Positions 11,070 through 20,500 of a stretch of 64,000 nucleotides of DNA are shown in pieces; the stretch's first letter is position 1; each line of letters begins with the position of its first letter. A program made the translations under genes and the position numbers. Under the pieces are notes generated by a model, which was not told the origin of the DNA, ran no database searches, and saw only the letters and a program-made list of their open reading frames with translations. The DNA is from Waterburya sp. (GTDB lineage Bacteria; Cyanobacteriota; Cyanobacteriia; Cyanobacteriales; Xenococcaceae), in contig CBDCJV010000002.1 in the NCBI GenBank assembly GCA_965217895.1, positions 2,496,001 to 2,560,000 of the forward strand, read 5' to 3'.

Positions 11070-11372
11070 TTATCTTAGAAACCCACCTTCACTAGCTATA
11101 GTTTGACCTGTAATCCATTTTGCATAATCACTGTGGAGAAATAGATCGCTTGGGGCGATCGCTTTTAAATTGTGTTTTTTGGCTAATTCTGTATAAAAGC
11201 TTGTTGAAGCGTCTGAATATTTCCTGTCAACATCATACTGAGAATTTCCGTGAGTCACAACGTTAGCACCCGCTTGTACGCATATTTTAGCGATCGCTGC
11301 ACCGATACCAGATGCTCTACTGACACCTGTTACGAGTATGTTTTGATTTTTTAAAGATAAACTATCCTCCAT
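11070..11372 (-). pseudogene. Internally deleted short-chain dehydrogenase/reductase
   Basis: SDR N-terminus (ILVTGVSRASGIGAAIA) joined directly to the SDR C-terminus (FLHSDYAKWITGQTIASEGG); the catalytic YxxxK region is missing. Confidence 0.8.
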
Positions 11373-11594
11373 GTTTTATTTCCTTAAGGTTAGTTAATTT
11401 ACTAGAGTATTTGACCTATCGCGATCGCATCTTGGAGATAATTAAGTTGGGCAGACAAGAAAAAACGATCCCGATTTAAAGTTACCTATAATCGGGTTTA
11501 ATTGTCTATATTTCTCATTTTCTGTCAATGCGTAAGTCCTATGGGTATACTGCAAGATGGTTATATAGATTGTTGAAAAAATACTGCACAACAG

Positions 11595-12869
11595 ATGAAC
11601 AGTGAAAGCTCTGATTCTACCCTCAATAATAATTTAGAAAAAATAACGGAACCAAAAAACTCTCAAACAGAAATAGATGAACAATCTTTATCTTTGGTAA
11701 CCCCAGAATCAGCAGAACCATCGGTAACGCCAAGACCTCAAATTCCCAAGAAAAACTATGGTCGCAAGATCAGCTTGTCCCAATCCCAGTTAATTGTCAT
11801 TGCTCTTTTGTTAATGGGATTGGGCTTGTGGTTTAGGCTTCCCTGGTTGGGTCTTACCAGTTCTATTGCTGCTTTATTGCTTTGTTTGGGGGTAGTTTTT
11901 AATTCTGTTAGGAGTTGGATCAAAAAGTTTTTAACAACCCAAGAGAGAAGAAGTATCTTAGCGTTTACTGGCTTTATACTGGCGATCGCAGGATTATGCA
12001 ATTATTTAGGTATTTATAGCAACATTGGCAGTTGGCTTACCCAGTTCAAATATGATGAATTTGGCTCTTGGGCAGAGTGGATCGGCGCGTTGGGGCAAAT
12101 TTTAATTGCTATGTTGGCGGTATATGTGGCTTGGGCGCAATATGTAATTTCTAAAGATCTAACTATTCAACAAAACCGTATTACTCAACAACAAACCATC
12201 GATACTTATTTTCAGGGAATTTCCGATCTAACTTTAAATGAAGAAGGTCTACTAGAAGATTGGCCTCAAGAAAGAGCGATCGCCGAAGGGAGAACTGCTT
12301 CGATCCTCTCCAGCATTGATGAAAATGGTAAGTCAAAAGTAATCCGTTTTTTGTCTCAATCACGCTTACTAACTCCTCTTCAAAGAGATAATCGTCTAGG
12401 TAGAGCGATCCTCGATGGTAGTGGAGGATATGCTGAAGATCGTCCCTATGGAACTAGAGTAGTTGACCTTGGTGTCATGTTAGCAGGAGCATATTTAGTG
12501 GAACAAGATTTGCGCTGGACAGATTTGAGTGATGCTAATATGGTTCGAGCCAATCTAAGTCATTGCGACTTGGTAAAAGCTAATCTTGCCCGTACAGTAT
12601 TATACGAGGCTAATCTAGCGGGAGCAGATCTAAAAGGTACTCGCCTATTTTATGGTCTAGTAGAAACTTCTACTCCTCGTAGTATTACCGCCCCGCCAGA
12701 CTATCAAACAGGCAAACATACGGGAGTTGTCGTCGAAAAAGCCAACCTTTCAGGAATCAAGCGACTGAGTGAAGAACAACGCTATTATTTGTGTGCTTGG
12801 TGTGGCGAAAAGTCAAGAGCTACTGTCCCAGGAGGTTGTGAAGGTATTCCTAATAAATTGGGTAGATAA
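11595..12869 (+). CDS. Membrane protein with C-terminal pentapeptide repeats
   Basis: N-terminal TM helices; A(D/N)L pentapeptide repeats (DLSDANMVRANLSHCDLVKANLART). Confidence 0.88.
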   Translation: MNSESSDSTLNNNLEKITEPKNSQTEIDEQSLSLVTPESAEPSVTPRPQIPKKNYGRKISLSQSQLIVIALLLMGLGLWFRLPWLGLTSSIAALLLCLGVVFNSVRSWIKKFLTTQERRSILAFTGFILAIAGLCNYLGIYSNIGSWLTQFKYDEFGSWAEWIGALGQILIAMLAVYVAWAQYVISKDLTIQQNRITQQQTIDTYFQGISDLTLNEEGLLEDWPQERAIAEGRTASILSSIDENGKSKVIRFLSQSRLLTPLQRDNRLGRAILDGSGGYAEDRPYGTRVVDLGVMLAGAYLVEQDLRWTDLSDANMVRANLSHCDLVKANLARTVLYEANLAGADLKGTRLFYGLVETSTPRSITAPPDYQTGKHTGVVVEKANLSGIKRLSEEQRYYLCAWCGEKSRATVPGGCEGIPNKLGR

Positions 12870-13156
12870 AAAAACTGTAGCTAGAGTAAATTTAAAACAA
12901 GCTAAACTTTTGTTATGGGTGCAGATAATAATAGCATCGAGCCTAGATATAGGATGACCATCATCTAAAGCGATCGCTCTAATCTTATCAGCTTCAATAT
13001 AAATAAAAGTAAGGTGGGTGAGAATATCATAAATTTCTGCCTGTAGAGTTAATAAAGCCTCACTCAAAGCTCTGGCGATGGCAATTGTTATGAGATTTAG
13101 CAAATATTAGCAGCCATTGCCAAAAAACATGATTAGGTTAAGGGGTAGAGGTAGTC

Positions 13157-14230
13157 CTAGGTTCTGAGAGGAAAGTCTGCAAAGATTTTATTCCAAGCAG
13201 CGTCGCATCCTTGCATCGCCGATGTTCTAGGAGCAAAGTAAGGAAAATATCCGTTAATTAAATATGGATTTTTCCACTGAGGCTCGGCAAACTTTTCTAA
13301 CTGAAGACATAGAATTTGGAAATTATGATTTTCATAATTATTGTGGAAAAGTTCACATAATTTAGAAACCATATTTTCAGTTAAATATTTTTGATCGGAA
13401 TCATTTTTCAAAATGAACAGAATTCTTCTTTCTGACTGCATCATTTGATTCCACTTTCCTATTAGATAGTTTATTTTATTGGTTTCGCTTTGAAATACTT
13501 TTTCAAAATCATAGGTTGACGAAAACTCTTGATTACCTTTTTGATCTATTTTTGAACTGAGTTGAGAATGAAAAGCAATTCCATACTTGTTATTGACAAC
13601 CATGCTTTTACAGTTAGGACGTGGAAAAATATATTTACGCTCAAATACATCTTTAAAATTATTATTAATAATTTTGAATGTAGTATTAAATTTTGAAGAA
13701 GTGAATCTAAAAAAACTACTTTCTTTATAGCCTATTCTCACAAATTGAATACCAGCTTCACAGTTGTCACCCAAAGAAACATAAGCATCAAAAGATTTTT
13801 CTTTTTCGGTATTTGTAAGCTGATTTAAACTAAACTTTTTGTGTAGAGCTTCAAATTCTTGATGTACTTTGGTCGATAAATTAGGATTGATTTCAAAAGC
13901 CTTTTGATAGGAAGCGATCGCACTATAAATTTTATTCTTTTTTTTTAATACTCTTGCCAGCTTGATATAGAAGGATGATTTTTTTGGTTTGATGCGAGTC
14001 AAACGCTGATAGTATTTGATAACTTGAGTCCATTTTTTTTGAGATTTATAGTACTCTGCTAATGCAATCAATGGTTCTACATAATCAGCCTTAATAGCGA
14101 TCGCTCTTTTATAGCTTTGAATAGATAATTCTAAATTGCCCTGTTGCTGTAATTTGACACCCTGTTCAAATTCAAGTTTAGCCTTTTGAGCAATTTGTAT
14201 GGGAGTGATTTCATCTAATAGCTTTGTCAT
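13157..14230 (-). CDS. TPR protein with C-terminal DUF1796-like (putative papain-like) domain
   Basis: N-terminal TPRs; YVSLGDNCE and YGIAFH motifs resemble DUF1796. Confidence 0.6.
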   Translation of the reverse strand: MTKLLDEITPIQIAQKAKLEFEQGVKLQQQGNLELSIQSYKRAIAIKADYVEPLIALAEYYKSQKKWTQVIKYYQRLTRIKPKKSSFYIKLARVLKKKNKIYSAIASYQKAFEINPNLSTKVHQEFEALHKKFSLNQLTNTEKEKSFDAYVSLGDNCEAGIQFVRIGYKESSFFRFTSSKFNTTFKIINNNFKDVFERKYIFPRPNCKSMVVNNKYGIAFHSQLSSKIDQKGNQEFSSTYDFEKVFQSETNKINYLIGKWNQMMQSERRILFILKNDSDQKYLTENMVSKLCELFHNNYENHNFQILCLQLEKFAEPQWKNPYLINGYFPYFAPRTSAMQGCDAAWNKIFADFPLRT

Positions 14231-14306
14231 TTTTTGCCAAATGTTTAATAGTTAGTAGTTTTTAAAAAGCATAAGTCTAGCTTATTTTCTTTATTTTAAA
14301 AAAGCT

Positions 14307-15362
14307 TTACAGGTTAGAATTCATCATTAGACTCTCTCTCGCTATCCTGATTTTTTTCTTCAATGAGACTTTATTAGGACGACCATGACCTTCTACGCCA
14401 TAATAGCTGTCAAAAACAGACTGATTCTCTTGACCTCTAGCAATAAACAATTTTTGATATAGCTGATAAAATTTGTAATTTCTTTGATATAAGGGATCGT
14501 TAACGTTAGCCAATAGATAAATGTTTGGGACATGATTGAGATTCTGCTTGAATCGATGTAGACACGAAACGCGATCGCCAAATTTCTTGACCAAGGTTTG
14601 ACGATTATCTGTTCCTAAGAGAACTTTCATAACCCTAGATAAATTGTGGGTGTAAATTTGAGTATTAACTGATAAAACCTGGACTTTACTATCAAAGTAA
14701 GTACTGCTTAATAAAGCTCCCATGCCACCAGCGGAAGAGCCAAACAAAAGGGTGTTTTCTAGCTTAATTTTTGCACTACTACAAATTGCTTCAATAATAT
14801 TGCTGATTAAGCTAACGAAATTGATACTTTGGGTACCTACATAGAAGCTGGATTTTAATCCTGGAATAAAATGACCAGGATCGCTAATACAAATTACAGA
14901 TTCTGGTTCTGTAAAGGCAGACATAATCCCCTCAAAAGCAATTTTCCCCTGAGATATGCCGTAGTCTTTTTGTTTTAATGAATTGCTGATAACCATTGCA
15001 CTTTGAAAATAAACGTTCAAATTACAAGGATTTTCTTTGATATAGCAAAAAAGATAGAAAAAGGGAATGCCCCTCATTGATTGTTCATGAGGAAAACTAA
15101 TTTTAAAAATAACAGGTTCACCTATAGGTAAGCTCGAACAATTAAAGACACCATCGTGCCAATTATTGAGCTTGATTTCTCTAAATAGACTTGGTATGTA
15201 ACCAAATACCTGGCGGTTTACTTTGCTTGAATTATGATTTAGGGAAGATGATAGAAATTGAGCTATTTCAGGGTAGGCTGATTTGCCTTGAAGAGTGTTA
15301 AGCTTTTCTAGCAAATATTGCTGTACATTATCTTGCTTGTTAAGGTTATTAATTAAGAGCAT
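14307..15362 (-). CDS. Hypothetical alpha/beta-hydrolase-fold protein
   Basis: LFGSSAGGMGAL nucleophile elbow (GxSxGG), ISDP motif, C-terminal GH. Confidence 0.6.
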   Translation of the reverse strand: MLLINNLNKQDNVQQYLLEKLNTLQGKSAYPEIAQFLSSSLNHNSSKVNRQVFGYIPSLFREIKLNNWHDGVFNCSSLPIGEPVIFKISFPHEQSMRGIPFFYLFCYIKENPCNLNVYFQSAMVISNSLKQKDYGISQGKIAFEGIMSAFTEPESVICISDPGHFIPGLKSSFYVGTQSINFVSLISNIIEAICSSAKIKLENTLLFGSSAGGMGALLSSTYFDSKVQVLSVNTQIYTHNLSRVMKVLLGTDNRQTLVKKFGDRVSCLHRFKQNLNHVPNIYLLANVNDPLYQRNYKFYQLYQKLFIARGQENQSVFDSYYGVEGHGRPNKVSLKKKIRIARESLMMNSNL

Positions 15363-15440
15363 AAATTATTCTAGCTAGGCTTTACTTAAAATAATAAAAC
15401 ATACAACTGTTGCCTATCAATAAAATGAGACTTAGACAAA

Positions 15441-16214
15441 TTAATTAAATTTCTTTAATAGATTATCTTTAAGTATATAATTAGCATTTTTTTTAATGTA
15501 ATCTATTTGTTGAGCGTTCAGACTGGTTGAAGAATTCAAAGAATAACCTTGTTTGCTGAGCCAATCTTTTTTCATCTCATCAAAATAAATTTTAATACTA
15601 GATTCAATCTCAACCTCAAGGAAATCTAAGATTCTATTTAAGTATTCCAAATCATAGCTAAAAAGCTTCTCATATTCGCATATAAACAAATTTGAATTTG
15701 GGTTTTGCTTTTGATACTTCCAGGTTTCAACTAAAGATTCATTCCAGTGATCTACTGCTTTTTTAAAATCAGCTTGTTCTGACCAAGTATCATTGGGATC
15801 GGCAGCTCTGGCATTGTAAGATTTAGCGATACTAGTAATATCTCTGACTATGAAAATCCATTTTACCTGAGTTAAATTTTGATTAATCCGATTGTAAAAA
15901 CGATAATAATGAGGATACTTGTCACCTAAGTACTTTACTTTAGATTGATATTTGTCTCTTAGTCGATTATAAAAATATTTCCACTGAATATTAGTTTGAT
16001 TGTTTTTTAAATCAAAGAAAAAATCTGATGTAAATGAATCTTGATTAATCCGATTTATGTTTTTTCTATTTGCATAATATTTATATCTTTCCATCCCGAT
16101 CGCAAATGAATGATGAGAATTTAGTAATTCTACTAAAGCAGTGGTGCCAGAACGAGGACAGCCACAAACAAACAGATAATTTTGATTCATCCTATTTTTT
16201 TCTTCAATAACCAT
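15441..16214 (-). CDS. Sulfotransferase family protein
   Basis: FVCGCPRSGTT 5'-PSB loop, GDKYP, IFIVRD...S 3'-PB motif, YEKL. Confidence 0.88.
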   Translation of the reverse strand: MVIEEKNRMNQNYLFVCGCPRSGTTALVELLNSHHSFAIGMERYKYYANRKNINRINQDSFTSDFFFDLKNNQTNIQWKYFYNRLRDKYQSKVKYLGDKYPHYYRFYNRINQNLTQVKWIFIVRDITSIAKSYNARAADPNDTWSEQADFKKAVDHWNESLVETWKYQKQNPNSNLFICEYEKLFSYDLEYLNRILDFLEVEIESSIKIYFDEMKKDWLSKQGYSLNSSTSLNAQQIDYIKKNANYILKDNLLKKFN

Positions 16215-16439
16215 AATATATTATGTATACGATAAAGGACTTTGCTATAGCTAATAGCTAACGGCTACAAGCTTTTGGATCAAAAAATTTGCAAATGACA
16301 TTATCTACATTTTTTTTCCTAAGTTTTGTACCATTGGAATTTCATCCCAATGGTACTGAGACAAAAATTCAGAACTCTCTAAAATAGTTTTAGCCAAGGC
16401 ATGACTTTGACAATTCCCAAATATTACTAAGTTTTTCAT

Positions 16440-17537
16440 TTATTTTTTATTTGACTCAAGATTTTGCAACATTTTTAAAGCATTTTCACAGGTTGGATCT
16501 ACTTTTAAACATTCTTGAAGATGATCTACAGAGCGAGTAAAATCTTGCTTAGCTTCGTAAATTTTGGCAAGCTTAAAATGGCTCGCGAGAAAAGAACTAT
16601 TGATTGCCAAAGATTTTAGTAATAACTTTTCTGCTTCTTCTGGTTGATTTTCGCTTAAAACTCTTCTGGCTCTATCAAATAGTACACCTTCTTCTTTAGT
16701 GTTAATTTCGCCATGATGATATAGAGGAACTAGATTTTTGTTTCTATATTCATTGATAATTTTGGTGGTATAATCGTATGTTATTTCAGCAGATAATGCA
16801 GCGGAGTCTTCTTCATGGTTAGAGATACAATCATGATCGAATGTATATCCAAACATACTATGAAAACTTTCAAATATTGTCGAACTAGTTTTTAGTTCAT
16901 TTTTTAAAAACCAAGCTTTATAATTATCAAAACTTTTACTTCTCTCGGTTCTTCTGAATTGTTTAGAAACCTTGATCTTGTTAGATATTTCGCGATTTAA
17001 AAAATCACTTAAGCTATCTAAATTGTTTTGAATAAAATCTTCGTATTTGAGTACCAAGAAATCTTGGGCGTAAGAGCTTTGATAAAAATCTTGAACGTTT
17101 TTTGACTGTTCTTCAACGGCTTTAATTAGAGAACCTCGACCACTAACATCGATATCGCTATAGCATTTATCAATATCGAATATTCCAACCGAATCAGGTT
17201 GTTCTACTTTTTTCTTGAGAAGATTTATATATGTTTGAGTATTGCGGTCATCAGAAAAACCGTCCCCATTATAAGGCATATATAATAAATAGCTGATAAT
17301 TCTATCTAAAGGATTTCTAACCAGCAGAATGCTTTTGTCAAATTTCTCAAAACAATCTCGATCTTTCTTCCAGCGATTAGCAAATATTGATTTAACAATT
17401 AAATTTTCGCGATTATAATCAACGGCACTTAACTGACTAGGTTCTAAAACCAATTCATAATTATCAAAAGCTTTATTAATTGAGTAGGCTAGTGCGGTTG
17501 TTCCGCTTTTTCCCAAGGAATAAATTAGGATTTTCAT
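16440..17537 (-). CDS. Sulfotransferase-like protein with C-terminal TPR (paralog A)
   Basis: LGKSGTT, LVRNPLDRIIS and LKYEDF motifs; TPRs at the C-terminus; paralog of 28578-29684. Confidence 0.78.
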   Translation of the reverse strand: MKILIYSLGKSGTTALAYSINKAFDNYELVLEPSQLSAVDYNRENLIVKSIFANRWKKDRDCFEKFDKSILLVRNPLDRIISYLLYMPYNGDGFSDDRNTQTYINLLKKKVEQPDSVGIFDIDKCYSDIDVSGRGSLIKAVEEQSKNVQDFYQSSYAQDFLVLKYEDFIQNNLDSLSDFLNREISNKIKVSKQFRRTERSKSFDNYKAWFLKNELKTSSTIFESFHSMFGYTFDHDCISNHEEDSAALSAEITYDYTTKIINEYRNKNLVPLYHHGEINTKEEGVLFDRARRVLSENQPEEAEKLLLKSLAINSSFLASHFKLAKIYEAKQDFTRSVDHLQECLKVDPTCENALKMLQNLESNKK

Positions 17538-17588
17538 AGTCGATTTCTTTGTATAGGATAGATGTTTGAACTCTGAGATGGCTTCTAT

Positions 17589-20500
17589 TTAATCGATCTG
17601 ATTCAAAGCCTGCTCAAAAATATTGACATAACAATCTGCGTAGTTAGACATTAAATATTGGCTAAATACAGTTTTCTTGGCTGTTTCTGCTAATAGCTGC
17701 AATTTATCTCGATTACCTATACATTTAGATATTGCCTGATGCCAAGATTCTGGAGTATTCTCACTAAGAATGCCATTTAGTCCATCTGTAACAACCTCTT
17801 TATAGGGAGTACAGTTGCTATAGATTGCAGATAAGCCGACGGCAGAATATTGGAGAAACTTTAGAGGACTTTTGTATTGGTTAAACTCATTGGCTACTAA
17901 AGGAGCGATCGCTAAATCACAGGACTCAGCAATTTGACGAAACCACGGTATAAACTGTTGATAGGACTCGTATCCTTTAGGTATAGAAAGACGAGTGTAC
18001 CAATCGGGAGCATTTTCGGCTACTTCAGATTCACCACCAACCATTAGCAGTCTGACATTATGGTTTTCTCTATATAGTCTTTCAAACACAGGCTCGATCA
18101 TTGCCAAGTCTTCTCCATGTGAAGAATTGCCCATATAAAGTATTTTGAAAGTTCCTTTAGCAATGTCTAGTAACTGTTGAGGCAATTGGCTGACTTCAAT
18201 CGGCTTAAGCCAAGCAGATTCAGCTATTACATTAGGGATAACTGTAACCTGAGTGTTAAACTGACGCATCTCTCTTGCTAAAGGCTCGGTACTAACAACC
18301 ACTTGGGTTGCTGCGGTGACTAAGGTTTTGATTGTGGGGGCAGTTCGAGCATATACCCCCTTACGATCCTTGTCTGGAGGAACATTTAAGAGGTTGTCAT
18401 CAATTTCATAAACTATGGGTAAATTACGCTCACGGCAAATATCAATCAAGGGCTGAACCTTATCGGGTTGAATAATGTTGCGCTGGATTAAGATTACATC
18501 AAGCTCAAATATCTGATGTACATCATTAATAAAGGCATCGATATCTAGGAATTGCGTGTCCAGGCGATCGCAGATTAGAGGATGCTGTAGCCATTCTAAG
18601 ACTCGAATATGAGCCGTAGGCGGTAGCTGGGAATTAACAAATACTCCTACCCTCAGATAATTTTTAGTCTGCTGCGGTAACTCGAAGGGGCGAGATTGGG
18701 CGATTACCTGTTGATAAAGCTGATGATATTGAGCCGCCATCGTCGCAATATTGTTTTGTCTGGCATAGGTTAACTGCCACTGATTGAGGTAAGACATTTT
18801 TTCGCTATAGCCCTCTGTATCATCAGCAATTACTAATAGCCTGTCATAAATTACCTGAGGATCGACCTCATCAATTAACCAGCCACAACCATGACGGGCA
18901 ATTCGTTCGCCGACAGCACCTTTATTAATTGCCACTACAGGAACACCACTTGCCCAAGACTCGGTTAGGGTATGACAATAAGTTTCTGGCCAAATTGAGA
19001 AAATACCTACACAGTGGGGTTTAATTTTCTGCATCCACCGATCAAAATCAGCACGGGTATAAGTGCCGTGAAGCTTACCTATCGGCTTAAGGAAGTGTCT
19101 GGTATTGCCAAGAAAATGAAATTCCAAACGATTATCTACGTCTAGCTTTTTGATGGCGACGATTAACTCTGCTCCTTTAGATGAGCTTATATTACCTGGA
19201 AAAAGAACCTTCAAGGGTTTATTCGGCTTCGGTGGACTAAAAACAATTGGCTTAGTTTGGAGATGGGGAAAGTCCCTACCGTGAGGAATAACTTTAAAAT
19301 TAGCCTGTTCTAGTTGAGGATAAATTTTAGTCATCATTTCTCTAGCCGAGGGCGCGGTAGTTACAAAAGCATCAATGTATTGAAACATCTTTGCCATATT
19401 ATGCTGCCAAGTCTTAATAAAATTATGCTTCAGGTTCACTAAGCGATATTCTGACCAAATCGGCGTAGGACAACGCCCATCGGTGGCTGTACACTCTCCA
19501 CCACAAAAGGTTAGATTTTCATCCAAGAGATTTACCGTAGGGCAAATAGTATAAAAATCATGGATAGACAGAATAGTAGGGATATCAAGCCTGCTGGTCA
19601 AACTCGCTAGAGAAATACTGTGCCAGGCTATATGACGAATATGTACCAGTTCAATTCCGTAGCGGATTAAAAGATCGCCAACGATGTTGTCGTATTCTTT
19701 AGAAGTATGGGCGGTAGGATTGATCGGCGAACTTAGCTTAATTTCTTCTAAGAGAAGATGCTCTTTTGGACGAGCATCGTAGAAGCTAATTTCTTTAGCG
19801 TTGCAAATCAATAACATTGGCTGATAGCGATCGCCCAAACCAGTCATCAAGTCCTGATTAGTCTGGGGTGTGCCGCCTGTTTTGGTTGAAATGACAAATA
19901 GTACACGGGGGCGGGGGTTTGGTAATTTAGGAGAGTTTTCTAGTAGTTTTCTAATTCGATAGCGCATCATGTCCATTTGCGGAGAATGGACAAAATGAGT
20001 TACCAGTGCTTTATATTCAGGGTAGCGTTTGTCCACTACTTCTCTACCTGGTTTGTAAAGAGCCGTTTTCTCTCCTTGAAAGCTAGCCGAACGCACATGA
20101 TAAACCAGGGTGCGGTCATCGACAATATGTCGCCATCCCGCCCGCAGCGATCGCATACAAAAGTCATTTTCTTCACCGTAGCCTCTGGGAAAAGCCTCTT
20201 CATCAAATAAGCCAATATCATCTAGCAATTGACGACGAATATAGATGCAGAAGCCACTACCTGTTGGAGTTTCGGGATAGATTTGAGGACTATGTTGATT
20301 AATCGTTCTCGCTATCTCGACTGGCTGTAACCAGACAGGAAAATCATTTGCCTGACCCATTGTCGGTACCGAAAAAGCACCAGAATTATCCGAGATTGCC
20401 GTTACCGTCCCAATATCCTGTTCACGATAAGCAGCAATTCTGATGTTCTGCAACCAACGAGGCCCGACTGAAGTATCGCTGTTGAGCAGGATAATATCAT

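Noticed and set aside
12813..13103. 96-aa minus-strand ORF
   Set aside because: No recognisable family, overlaps the pentapeptide gene end; possibly a remnant but unsupported
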